Below are positions 37,419 through 45,578 of a stretch of 64,000 nt of DNA, piece by piece. The DNA comes from an uncultured Oscillospiraceae bacterium (GTDB lineage Bacteria; Bacillota; Clostridia; Christensenellales; CAG-314): the NCBI GenBank assembly GCA_964535505.1, contig CAZHUH010000001.1, positions 125,591 through 189,590 of the forward strand. Reading direction: 5' to 3'. Below the pieces are notes generated by a model. The model saw only the letters and a program-made list of their open reading frames with translations. It did no database searches and had not been told where the DNA came from. A program made the position numbers and the translations under genes. The first letter of the stretch is position 1, and each line of letters starts with the position of its first letter.

Positions 37419-37472
37419 TCAGATTCGTACACGCATTCGTATTTTGGAACAACATCGGAAATCTAATTTCAT
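37419..37472 (-). CDS. Candidate 17-aa leader peptide with tandem Cys codons in the cysK 5' UTR
   Basis: GGAGG-6 nt-ATG. ATG AAA TTA GAT TTC CGA TGT TGT TCC AAA ATA CGA ATG CGT GTA CGA ATC TGA translates to MKLDFRCCSKIRMRVRI. Confidence 0.35.
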   Translation of the reverse strand: MKLDFRCCSKIRMRVRI

Positions 37473-37523
37473 AGAACACCTCCGCCATTTATTATTGATA
37501 CTTTTTTATTTTTGTTTTATCCG

Positions 37524-37540
37524 TAATCCCTATCGGATTA
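37524..37540. promoter_or_regulatory. Inverted repeat TAATCC-N5-GGATTA at about +4 to +20 of the cysK promoter
   Basis: TAATCCCTATCGGATTA lies just downstream of the -10. The half ATAGGGATTA resembles the 3' part of the B. subtilis CymR box as I remember it. Confidence 0.4.
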
Positions 37541-37550
37541 GTATGGTATC

Positions 37551-37579
37551 ATAATACCGACTTATTATACGTTTGTCAA
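37551..37579 (-). promoter_or_regulatory. Sigma-A promoter of cysK
   Basis: Minus strand TTGACA-17 nt-TATTAT, leaving a ~190-nt 5' UTR. Confidence 0.65.
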
Positions 37580-37618
37580 GCAAAATAGAAACTTTTTTTA
37601 AATTTTTTTACAGAACAA

Positions 37619-37661
37619 ACCGCCGTTCTATGCATGTTTAAAACACGCAAAGCGCGGCGGT
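37619..37661 (-). terminator. Terminator-like hairpin after the Rrf2 gene
   Basis: GC-rich stem ACCGCCG/CGGCGGT enclosing an inner hairpin. The downstream U-tract (TTGTTCTGT) is weak. Confidence 0.4.
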
Positions 37662-37676
37662 ATCATTATATTAATA

Positions 37677-38105
37677 TTAAATACTGTAAAAATCCGCCGA
37701 ATCGGGGGTAGAGTCCACAAGATCCTGCAACGTTATGCCGTCAAGATAGTTATTAACACATTCGTTAAGCCCTTGCCAAAGCTTGCGCGTTGCGCAACCC
37801 GCACCATGCGGACAGTGGCTTGACGGATTGCAATCCACAAGCGAAATATCGCCTTCGGTTTTACGCAAAATCTCACCGACGGTGATATCCTGTGGTTTTT
37901 TCAGAAGTTCGTACCCGCCCTGCGAACCGCGAACGCTCCTTAACAAACCGCACCTAACAAGATTGCCCGTTATCTGCTCGGTATATTTTGCCGTTATGCC
38001 CTGACGCGAGGAAATGTCCGCTATCCTAACGGGAGTGCTTCCGCCATGCTGTGCAATATCGATCAAAATCCAAACACTGTATCTGCCTTTTGTAGAAATT
38101 TTCAT
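37677..38105 (-). CDS. Rrf2-family transcriptional regulator with three clustered Cys (IscR/CymR-like)
   Basis: 142 aa. N-terminal wHTH (MKISTKGRYSVWILIDIA) and C-x6-C-x5-C cluster (VDCNPSSHCPHGAGC), suggesting Fe-S ligation. Confidence 0.9.
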   Translation of the reverse strand: MKISTKGRYSVWILIDIAQHGGSTPVRIADISSRQGITAKYTEQITGNLVRCGLLRSVRGSQGGYELLKKPQDITVGEILRKTEGDISLVDCNPSSHCPHGAGCATRKLWQGLNECVNNYLDGITLQDLVDSTPDSADFYSI

Positions 38106-38160
38106 AAATTGTAACCCACCGTTAGAAAACTCAGTATACTATATCGTTACTACATATTAA

Positions 38161-38189
38161 ATTATAATACTATGTGCGGATATTGTCAA
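38161..38189 (-). promoter_or_regulatory. Consensus sigma-A promoter of the Rrf2 gene
   Basis: Minus strand TTGACA-17 nt-TATAAT, about 50 nt upstream of the ATG. Confidence 0.7.
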
Positions 38190-38350
38190 GCTCGCACCGC
38201 AGCCTTTAGGTGCTCGGGCGGGCGTTCTTAAATTATTTGTCATGCGCTCGCCACCATTTTTAGCGCGCTTAAGAAAACTGCATCTGTTTGTACCTTGACA
38301 GATTCTCCTCTGTTCAAACTAGATAGTCCCCACCATTTTGATTTGTCCTA

Positions 38351-38545
38351 TTCTTTGAATTAACCGTTAAAATTAGTCTGCTATATTAAATTGTTATTAG
38401 TTACTATGTCTGAAATAGTATTCTGCCCTAACAGGATTTTAGATATACTTTGACTGTCTTATGATATAAAAACATCACAAATAACCTTCTCGTCATTTTC
38501 ACACATCGTTGCCAATGCTGTTAGAAAGTACATCATTTTTTTGTT
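38351..38545 (+). repeat. Long direct repeat, left copy (REP-like long form, copy 6, plus relic of an SDR gene 3' end)
   Basis: 38351-38488 is ~85-90% identical by eye to 43211-43354 and includes the core ACTATGTCTGAAATAGTATTCTGC at 38403-38426. 38478-38545 is colinear (~60% by eye) with the last ~20 codons of the SDR gene at 43344. Confidence 0.75.
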
Positions 38546-38558
38546 TACAACTCTACTG

Positions 38559-39740
38559 CTATTTTTCATGTTGCAAGTGAACCGAGCAAAGAATCGTCAC
38601 AAAGTTTATTGCCAACAACACCAAAAAAGAAATGAATATTGAAAATAAATCGAAGTTGAATCCAAATTTTACCCCGGCAATAAGCGCAGAAAAGTCGCAA
38701 AGCGCATTGGCGAAAACAGCCGACACACCAATAGATAAGACAAACGACACTACGGATAGCACGAGATATTCCATAACAAAAACTACGAACAGTTGCTTTT
38801 TCTCCAAGCCAAATGCCCGAACTGCCGTTACAAATTTTTGTTTTTTGTTGAGATAATTGCTTATTATAACAAATTGTATTACAGAATAGACAATGCCCAC
38901 CACTACAAAGATCAAAATCAACACGTTTTGCATAAAGTGAGCTATTTTTTCCAATTCCTCTATACCCCAATTTGTAATTGTATTTGGCATCACGTTTTCT
39001 TCACCGTAATGTTCGATAAGCATTTTTTGCACATTATCGATGTTTTCTTTATTTACAAAGACTTCAAGCATATCGCTGTTCGCATTTGCGTCCAAAAGCA
39101 AAAAGCAAGAATAACCTCCGATTTTATTCAAACTATCAAGTGCCGTTATTTTGGTCAGTTCAGACGCAAAAACTCCTACAACAGTTGCTTTTTCTATATA
39201 GTAGCTGTTAAAAACAGGTTCAAAAACATCAATGGTTTTGCCTAACAAAACAGAGTAGTCGTAAATTTGCAAACTGTCGACAAAATCCGAAGCAAGCAAT
39301 ATTTCATTGTCCGACTGCGACAATCGTCCGGCAAGTATCAGCTTTGTGTCGCTTATTTGTTCAAATTCCTGCAGATAAGCTTGGGGCAGCAACGCCGAAC
39401 AACTCTCCCCCTTTACAACGGCAACATTAGTCTGAAACGTACCTACCTCCTCGATAGACACATTTCCCGATAGGTAAAAAATTTTGTTCATCGGCGCAAC
39501 CTCGTTCACAAACTGAAACTGCTCAATTGAGGAAATTTCCGTCTTGTCTGCACGAACAAATACCGAATTGCCACTACTGCGGCTGTTGAGAAGTTGTGAA
39601 ATGGATTTTTGTACAGAGGCAGAAAACATTGCGGCAGTCAGCACCACAAAAGAAAGTGCAAAAATCATAAAGCTTCGTCCCAATGCGTTCATCCAATAAC
39701 AACGCAAGTTTTGCATAGCTAACTTAAAAGAGGTTTTCAT
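38559..39740 (-). CDS. FtsX/MacB-type ABC permease subunit B
   Basis: 393 aa. TM1, ~220-aa extracytoplasmic domain, then 3 C-terminal TMs. 4-nt overlap with the upstream permease gene. Confidence 0.8.
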   Translation of the reverse strand: MKTSFKLAMQNLRCYWMNALGRSFMIFALSFVVLTAAMFSASVQKSISQLLNSRSSGNSVFVRADKTEISSIEQFQFVNEVAPMNKIFYLSGNVSIEEVGTFQTNVAVVKGESCSALLPQAYLQEFEQISDTKLILAGRLSQSDNEILLASDFVDSLQIYDYSVLLGKTIDVFEPVFNSYYIEKATVVGVFASELTKITALDSLNKIGGYSCFLLLDANANSDMLEVFVNKENIDNVQKMLIEHYGEENVMPNTITNWGIEELEKIAHFMQNVLILIFVVVGIVYSVIQFVIISNYLNKKQKFVTAVRAFGLEKKQLFVVFVMEYLVLSVVSFVLSIGVSAVFANALCDFSALIAGVKFGFNFDLFSIFISFLVLLAINFVTILCSVHLQHEK

Positions 39741-40810
39741 TTGTTATCAACCCCCATCACCTTATTCCTACCGAAAATAGATATTGTCGCGGCAACGACG
39801 AGTATTATCAAGCAACACACAAATTCCAAACAAAACACAAGAAAAATGTTGTGTGAATAATATACAACACCCAAGATATTTTCCGCCCACGTTGTTATCA
39901 AATAGTTTATTCCCAAACTCGCAACCGACGCCAAAACACAGGCAATAAAACCGACAATGGCGAATATAACACATATTTCGCCTACCAATGCGGCTTTTGA
40001 ACTTCCCAAGAGACGTATAACACGCAAAACGTTCTCTCTTTTGATAAAATAAACATTTATCAACCCTATCAAAAGTGCCACAAACAATACTTCCAAGATA
40101 ACTACAATGACGTCTAATCCAACAAGAAAGCTTTTGTAGCCACGGCAAAATGACAAAAGCCCTTCTTCATCGTCTAAAAGATCTTGCGGCAATTCCGACA
40201 GTCGCAAAAGTTGTTCGGCATCTGTTGCCGTTACAAAAAAAGAACCGCTGTACACACTATGTGGCGTGCGATATATCAAAAATGAAACATTTCCTGCGAT
40301 ACAATCTGGCAAATCACTCGGCGAAAAGGTCCCCACAACGCTAAGCGTTTCTTCGTTCAATGTAATATCGTCGCCCACTTGGCATTCAATTAAAGCGGCA
40401 AGTTCATCCGCAAGCCAAATTGCGTGCTCATTCTTGGAAAAAGTTTCGCCAGATGTTGCTCTCGGTAAAACATCTACTTTGTCGCATACAAAAAACACGC
40501 AAACTCCGCCGACATAACTCGGAAAATTTTGCGCGTTGTCATTGTGCACTATTTTTGTATTGTACGTTAAGCCGTCAATTCTACCATACACAAAAAAATC
40601 CTCTAAATTCGTGCTCAACAGTGCATTATTTTCGCTTTTAAGCACAACAAATGAATCTTTTTGGAATTTGTCGGAATATGCCGCAGGAAGTTGAAAAACA
40701 AGATTGCCCAAAACCGCAATAATGGACAGGAGCACGGAAAGACTCAAAATCGACAGTGCAAAAAATACTGCGTTTGTTTTAAATTCTTTTATGGCAATGC
40801 GCGACAACAT
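39737..40810 (-). CDS. FtsX/MacB-type ABC permease subunit A
   Basis: Same architecture as subunit B. Start moved to ATG 40810 (MLSRIAIKEF), adjacent to the ATPase stop. Confidence 0.8.
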   Translation of the reverse strand: MLSRIAIKEFKTNAVFFALSILSLSVLLSIIAVLGNLVFQLPAAYSDKFQKDSFVVLKSENNALLSTNLEDFFVYGRIDGLTYNTKIVHNDNAQNFPSYVGGVCVFFVCDKVDVLPRATSGETFSKNEHAIWLADELAALIECQVGDDITLNEETLSVVGTFSPSDLPDCIAGNVSFLIYRTPHSVYSGSFFVTATDAEQLLRLSELPQDLLDDEEGLLSFCRGYKSFLVGLDVIVVILEVLFVALLIGLINVYFIKRENVLRVIRLLGSSKAALVGEICVIFAIVGFIACVLASVASLGINYLITTWAENILGVVYYSHNIFLVFCLEFVCCLIILVVAATISIFGRNKVMGVDNK

Positions 40811-40811
40811 A

Positions 40812-41459
40812 TCAAACAATCCTTCCGTCCAACAACTCAATAACTTTATCAGGTTTTGTAACATCCTGTGGCTGATGCGTCACCAAAACGACTGTGGTTC
40901 CGCTATTTTTTACTGAATACAACAGGTTTATAACCGCTTCACTGTTTTGTTTGTCCAAATTGCCGCATGGCTCGTCGGCAAAAATAATTTGCGGTTTATT
41001 CACAAGTGCGCGAGCAACACCTACTCTTTGCTGTTCTCCTCCCGAAAGAATCTCCGTTCGCTTGTTCAAAAGGCTTGAAATTCCAACAAATGCCGCTACC
41101 TCGCGAACACGGCTCTTGCGCTTTGCTGTGCTATCTCCCTTAATCAGCATAGGCAATTCGATATTTTCAAAAGCCGTGTACTTAGGCTCCAATGCGTAGG
41201 ATTGAAAAATGAAGCCGATTTTTTGGTTCCGAAAACAACACTTTTCCGATTCCGTCATTTGGTAAATATTTTTTCCGTCAATCAGCACTTCGCCGGAACT
41301 GGGCAAAAGCAACCCACACATACATTTGAGCAAGGTGCTTTTTCCACTGCCGCTACGCCCGGTGACAACTATAAACTCTCCGTTGTCTACCTCAAAGTTA
41401 ATATCGTTCAGCGCTACGCAATTTTCATATTTTTTTGTAAGATTTATTACTTCAATCAT
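40812..41459 (-). CDS. ABC ATP-binding protein (MacB/LolD/FtsE-like)
   Basis: 215 aa. Walker A GRSGSGKST, signature LSGGEQQR, Walker B IFADEP. Confidence 0.9.
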   Translation of the reverse strand: MIEVINLTKKYENCVALNDINFEVDNGEFIVVTGRSGSGKSTLLKCMCGLLLPSSGEVLIDGKNIYQMTESEKCCFRNQKIGFIFQSYALEPKYTAFENIELPMLIKGDSTAKRKSRVREVAAFVGISSLLNKRTEILSGGEQQRVGVARALVNKPQIIFADEPCGNLDKQNSEAVINLLYSVKNSGTTVVLVTHQPQDVTKPDKVIELLDGRIV

Positions 41460-42472
41460 CTTTCAGACAATGTATATTTTACAAGTAGGTCGCCCAATGC
41501 TGTTGTTTCGGAAACAACGTATTCATGCTTTACGTAATGCGTCGACAAATCGTCCTCAAATTCGAAATAAATTTCTTGCGTAATACTATCTAGTTTTAAA
41601 TCTTTTGGAACAAGCAATGCAATCAACTTGCTATGTTTTGTTTCGTTTGAATAAAGGTAATGATTCGAACGTATTATGGTAATTTTCACTGCGTCATTCG
41701 TTGCTGTGGCAACACAGTTCTCGAAATCGGACGACGGCAACCTTATCAACATCAATGCATATTGTTCAAAAACTTCTTCGCCATACATATTCAGGTTTAA
41801 ATAAACATACGACTGTTCGCTCAAAACACCATCGTTTTGAAAAAATGCCAAGATGCCTGCTTTCGAATCTATTTTGAAAACAACAGGATTTGGTTGATCT
41901 TCAAACAAATAATATTCGTTATTGTCCGTTATGTATGAAAATTGTTGGCTTTCGTGAACTATCGCGTCCAACATCACAACCTCAACTTTAAACTCGGAAA
42001 TGTCTGTTTGTGTTTCTACAAAACAGCCGTATGTCGTTGGCTGTTCTGTGATTTTGGCTACTCTTTTCACGGGCAACAACGAAACGGTGCACAAATTCGA
42101 ATCGAATTTTACATTTGCCACCGTAAAATCTATGTTCTTTTCAGCATTGTTAAATTTAATTGCAATCAAATCACGCGTTTCGAAAAACACCGAAGAATAA
42201 CGTTCTTCTTTTGCCGTCTTTTGCGAAATAAAGTTGTAATCTGCCAAATTAGACTTTGAAAAGGCGGCATAATCGCAATATTTCTCAATCGAATATGAGT
42301 CTGCTATTTCTTCATATGCTAATTCGACGACATAACTTCCTTGAACTTGCGGAATCCATTCATTTTCCTTGTCGCAGGCTCCCAATGCAAATACGGCCGT
42401 TATTGCGATTAATAGTACGACCAAAACAACATCGATTCTTTTTACAAAGTTTTTATTCATAATTCTCACCAA
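41456..42472 (-). CDS. Lipoprotein of unknown function
   Basis: Lipobox FALGAC after a hydrophobic segment. No family recognised. Start may be ATG 42460 (MNKNF). 4-nt overlap with the ATPase gene. Confidence 0.7.
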   Translation of the reverse strand: MVRIMNKNFVKRIDVVLVVLLIAITAVFALGACDKENEWIPQVQGSYVVELAYEEIADSYSIEKYCDYAAFSKSNLADYNFISQKTAKEERYSSVFFETRDLIAIKFNNAEKNIDFTVANVKFDSNLCTVSLLPVKRVAKITEQPTTYGCFVETQTDISEFKVEVVMLDAIVHESQQFSYITDNNEYYLFEDQPNPVVFKIDSKAGILAFFQNDGVLSEQSYVYLNLNMYGEEVFEQYALMLIRLPSSDFENCVATATNDAVKITIIRSNHYLYSNETKHSKLIALLVPKDLKLDSITQEIYFEFEDDLSTHYVKHEYVVSETTALGDLLVKYTLSER

Positions 42473-42519
42473 TATCTATAATTTAATGTTGTGTAACGAA
42501 GAGCACCAATAAACAAAGA

Positions 42520-42939
42520 CTATTTGCTTTTTGCAAACCATATTTGGCTATTTCCGTAATATGTTAGGTGAATATCGTATGTTTCTAAATTGTCTGCAAA
42601 CGAGCCGGAAAAGTTAGCTGTACCCTTCACCGATGATGACAATGATTCTACATACGCCTGAAATTCAAACGACTTATCCGAGAAGTAAGTAAAAGAAACG
42701 GGATCCCAACAAACCAACTCGGCGCTAATAGTAACATCGCCGACCACACATTGCGGCAAAAGCAACAGTTCGGTAGAAACAGTCGTATTAGTAACAATTA
42801 AGTTACCATACTGCCCGCTGCCGTATGTACCGGTATATTTGTCAGGCAACGGCGACTCACTTGATTCACAAGCGACCAAAGATAATACAGTCACAAAAAG
42901 AAACAAAGAAACCAACAACAAGAATTTAACTTTTTTCAT
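42520..42939 (-). CDS. Small lipoprotein of unknown function
   Basis: 139 aa. Signal peptide plus lipobox SLVAC. GGAGG SD. First gene of the cassette. Confidence 0.7.
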   Translation of the reverse strand: MKKVKFLLLVSLFLFVTVLSLVACESSESPLPDKYTGTYGSGQYGNLIVTNTTVSTELLLLPQCVVGDVTISAELVCWDPVSFTYFSDKSFEFQAYVESLSSSVKGTANFSGSFADNLETYDIHLTYYGNSQIWFAKSK

Positions 42940-42966
42940 AGCAAGCCTCCTAATTTTGATATTTGT

Positions 42967-42995
42967 ATTGTAGCAAAGTTTTTATACAATTTCAA
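42967..42995 (-). promoter_or_regulatory. Sigma-A promoter of the lipoprotein/ABC cassette
   Basis: Minus strand TTGAAA-17 nt-(TGc)TACAAT with an extended -10, about 20 nt upstream of the SD. Confidence 0.65.
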
Positions 42996-43210
42996 TAGTA
43001 TTTTATAATTAACTTGCAACTTTTTACTAAAATTTAAGAGAAGAGACGAAAAAAATATATAAATGCGTGACTTTTGTGAATATTTGAAGAGGCGTGCATA
43101 AATTTTACCAATCTTTTTTAAGTAAAAAAAGAAAAAATATGTATAACACAACGCAAGACAACACGGCGTATCCTTTTGAAAAACCCCACTACCGAAAAGC
43201 CAATTCGTTG

Positions 43211-43405
43211 GTTTAAGCGGTTTCTTTGAATTAAGCGTCAAAAATAGTCTGACATAAAATCGTTATTAGTTGCTATGTCTGAAATAGTATTCTGCAATAA
43301 CAGAATTTTGGATATACTTTGACGGTCTTGTGACATAAAAACATCACAAATAACTCTTTATCATCTCTTCACAACGCCTCCAAAGTGCGTCTGAAATGGC
43401 ACCAT
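43211..43405 (+). repeat. Long direct repeat, right copy (REP-like long form, copy 7, overlapping the intact SDR 3' end)
   Basis: Partner of 38351-38545. Core GCTATGTCTGAAATAGTATTCTGC at 43272-43295. Internal 10-nt direct repeat TGACATAAAA at ~43248 and ~43331. Confidence 0.75.
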
Positions 43406-44189
43406 TTTTGTCACGGAACTTTATCTTATATTTCTTTTTGAAAGTATAAGTTTCGCCGCAAACAAAATCGACGTTAGGTTTTGCCAAAGCAAAGTACACC
43501 ATTCGTTTTGCGCTGCGTTTTTTGGATATCGTAAACAAATATTTTATAGGCGAGTGGTAGGCAAAGCGCAAAAATTTTGTAGATTCGCAAGCAAAGTTTG
43601 TGCGCGGAATTCCCGGTTGAAATGCCACTGCGCAAATGCCTTGTTCAGCAAAGCGTTTGTGCAATTGGCGCGTAAGCAAAATGCCGCACAGTTTCGCTCT
43701 GCCATAGGCTTTAAGCGGCGAAAAATCCTTTTCGTTTTGCAAATCGTCAACCGAGAAGTCTTTTCCAAACAAATTGGCGGCAATGCTGGCAGTTTGCACC
43801 ACGGTTGCGTTGCATTCGCAAAGTGTCTTGGTCAGCAAATAAGTCAACAAAAAGGGCGACAAAACATTCACTTGGAACGTTTGTTCAAATCCGTCTACCG
43901 TCAATTTGCGTTTGTCCATTGCTGCGCCGGCGTTGTTTATCAAAACGTCGATTTGAGCATAACGTTGCAATTCGTTTGCCAAACGCACCACATCTGACAG
44001 TTTTGCGTAATCGGCAACGTGAAAAGGTACGCCCAATTCGCGTGCAATCTTTTCCGTTTTTTGCGGATTGCGCCCCACAATCACCACGTTGTGACCTTGC
44101 GCCGTCAATTCTCGTGCAGTCACGGCGCCTATGCCATCGCTCGCACCGGTTATTACAATAGTTTTCTTTGTCTCGTTAGTTTTTTGCAT
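43344..44189 (-). CDS. Short-chain dehydrogenase/reductase (SDR) family oxidoreductase
   Basis: 281 aa. TGASDGIG cofactor motif, NNAG, and a YxxxK-like YGRAK. Confidence 0.9.
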   Translation of the reverse strand: MQKTNETKKTIVITGASDGIGAVTARELTAQGHNVVIVGRNPQKTEKIARELGVPFHVADYAKLSDVVRLANELQRYAQIDVLINNAGAAMDKRKLTVDGFEQTFQVNVLSPFLLTYLLTKTLCECNATVVQTASIAANLFGKDFSVDDLQNEKDFSPLKAYGRAKLCGILLTRQLHKRFAEQGICAVAFQPGIPRTNFACESTKFLRFAYHSPIKYLFTISKKRSAKRMVYFALAKPNVDFVCGETYTFKKKYKIKFRDKNGAISDALWRRCEEMIKSYL

Positions 44190-44252
44190 GTTTTCTTAGC
44201 AACCGACATTATGCGAAGCGACTGAGCCGATACCAAGCCGATTCTGTTTAAC

Positions 44253-44281
44253 AAAAAAGCCCAAAGCGCAATTCGCCTTGG
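44253..44281 (-). terminator. Intrinsic terminator after the tRNA cluster
   Basis: Minus strand CCAAGGCG-AATTG-CGCTTTGG (one mismatch) followed by GCTTTTTTGTT. Confidence 0.6.
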
Positions 44282-44285
44282 ACCT

Positions 44286-44371
44286 TGGTGGGAGGAGATG
44301 GATTCGAACCATCGAAGTCGACGGACGACAGATTTACAGTCTGTTCCCTTTGGCCACTCGGGAATCCTCCC
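44286..44371 (-). tRNA. tRNA-Tyr (GTA), long variable arm, CCA encoded
   Basis: 86 nt. Anticodon loop CTGTAAA. Class II variable arm. T-arm GGTTCGAATCC. Confidence 0.93.
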
Positions 44372-44409
44372 ATATATGAATATACTGTGATGTAGCCCGA
44401 ATAAAAAAA

Positions 44410-44486
44410 TGGAGCTGGTGAACGGAATCGAACCATCAACCTATTGATTACAAATCAATTGCTCTGCCTGATTGAGCTACACCAGC
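44410..44486 (-). tRNA. tRNA-Thr (TGT), CCA encoded
   Basis: Acceptor GCTGGTG/CACCAGC. Anticodon stem ATTGA/TCAAT with loop TTTGTAA. Confidence 0.92.
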
Positions 44487-44514
44487 ACAAAATTTGTTGT
44501 TGACGCCAATGAAA

Positions 44515-44590
44515 TGGTGCTTCGGGGCGGAATCGAACCACCGACACGGGGATTTTCAGTCCCCTGCTCTACCTACTGAGCTACCGAAGC
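44515..44590 (-). tRNA. tRNA-Phe (GAA), CCA encoded
   Basis: 76 nt. GCTTCGGTAGCTCAGTAGGTAGAGC... with anticodon loop CTGAAAA. Confidence 0.95.
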
Positions 44591-44597
44591 AAAACAT

Positions 44598-44674
44598 TGG
44601 CGACCCGGATGGGGCTCGAACCCACGACCTCCAGCGTGACAGGCTGGCGTACTAACCAACTGTACTACCGGGCC
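44598..44674 (-). tRNA. tRNA-Asp (GTC), CCA encoded
   Basis: 77 nt. GGCCCGGTAGTACAGTTGGTTAGTAC... with anticodon loop CTGTCAC. Confidence 0.95.
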
Positions 44675-44695
44675 AAATGTAATTTGTTTTGCGTT

Positions 44696-44771
44696 TGGTG
44701 GGCCTTCAGGGACTTGAACCCCGGACCGATCGGTTATGAGCCGACTGCTCTAACCACTGAGCTAAAGGCCC
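44696..44771 (-). tRNA. tRNA with CAT anticodon, most like tRNA-Ile2 (lysidine) rather than Met
   Basis: GGGCCTTTAGCTCAGTGGTTAGAGCAGTCGGCTCATAACCG... closely resembles the B. subtilis tRNA-Ile(CAU) body as I remember it. This is not initiator-like. Confidence 0.8.
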
Positions 44772-44783
44772 AAATTATTCCTG

Positions 44784-44860
44784 TGGTCGGGGTGGCGAGA
44801 CTCGAACTCACGACATCTTGCTCCCAAAGCAAGCGCGCTACCAAACTGCGCTACACCCCG
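44784..44860 (-). tRNA. tRNA-Pro (TGG), CCA encoded
   Basis: 77 nt. CGGGGTG acceptor. Anticodon stem CTTGC/GCAAG with loop TTTGGGA. Confidence 0.93.
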
Positions 44861-44882
44861 CTGCATCAACATCAGCTTTTGT

Positions 44883-44911
44883 ATATTACAATATTTTGAA
44901 ATTATTGTCAA
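44883..44911 (-). promoter_or_regulatory. Sigma-A promoter of the six-tRNA operon
   Basis: Minus strand TTGACA-17 nt-(TGt)TAATAT with an A/T-rich UP-like region upstream. Confidence 0.7.
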
Positions 44912-45217
44912 CAAATTTGTTAACTTTTTTCAAAAAAATTGTGCACTTTTTAGTGAGAGTACACCATATTTCGCTGCCATTCAATCCTTATTTATCTACT
45001 CGTTTAATTTTGCAACAGCTTACATTTCGGCAAACACAGTGTCAACGCTTTTGCAATCGTTATTTCCCGGATAAGATTCTCTGCACCACTCTTATATCAA
45101 AATTTCAATAAGCTATTTCGCACCACTAAACTTGCGGCAAACCACCTAACGTATTTGTAAGTTTTTCTCTTGAAAAAAACCATTTCTTGTGATAAAATAA
45201 ATTTTAAAGGAATATTT

Positions 45218-45578
45218 GTGTGAAAATAAGAAAAATCCGATATAAATTGCAATGGCTAATATGCCGTGTTCTTTTTTAGATACCTCCTACTTCAATAATG
45301 TTTTAACCGACTAAGAAGATTATTCAAACAAGTCGATTTGTATTGTTGCTGAAGATGACGGAAAAATCGTAGGTCTTGTTGATGCTGAAATTGAAAATGC
45401 CGTTGGCGATTTGCGCGTTGCAGAACAGTCAATTTGAGCGGTAATATGACATTTGACAGTCTTGCCTAAATACAGAAAAAAGGTTGCCACATCGCTGTGG
45501 AATGAACTGAAACAAACAACTTTTTGGCCGATTGTACACTTTTTGACGGCATTGTGCCACCGTCGGGAGGGGGATTGA
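45218..45578 (+). pseudogene. Decayed GNAT-family acetyltransferase
   Basis: Fragments in three frames: VKIRKIR..., IVAEDDGKIVGLVDAEIENAVGD..., LPKYRKKGVATSLWNELKQ (GNAT motif A-like). Several stops and frameshifts. Too short for an intact GNAT. Confidence 0.55.

Noticed and set aside
38403-38426. REP-like core as a promoter (sigma-A, sigma-G or sigma-K), a CodY box or a Spo0A box.
   Set aside because: No properly spaced -35/-10 pair exists on either strand. GAATA and CATAGTA are only 10 nt apart. It matches the CodY consensus AATTTTCWGAAAATT at only 8/15 positions. TGTCTGAA has a 1-nt insertion relative to TGTCGAA. Copies also occur between convergent genes.
42936-43241. 101-aa minus-strand ORF upstream of the small lipoprotein gene.
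   Set aside because: It is very AT-rich, spans the cassette promoter (TTGAAA-17-TACAAT) and part of the REP-like repeat, and has no SD.
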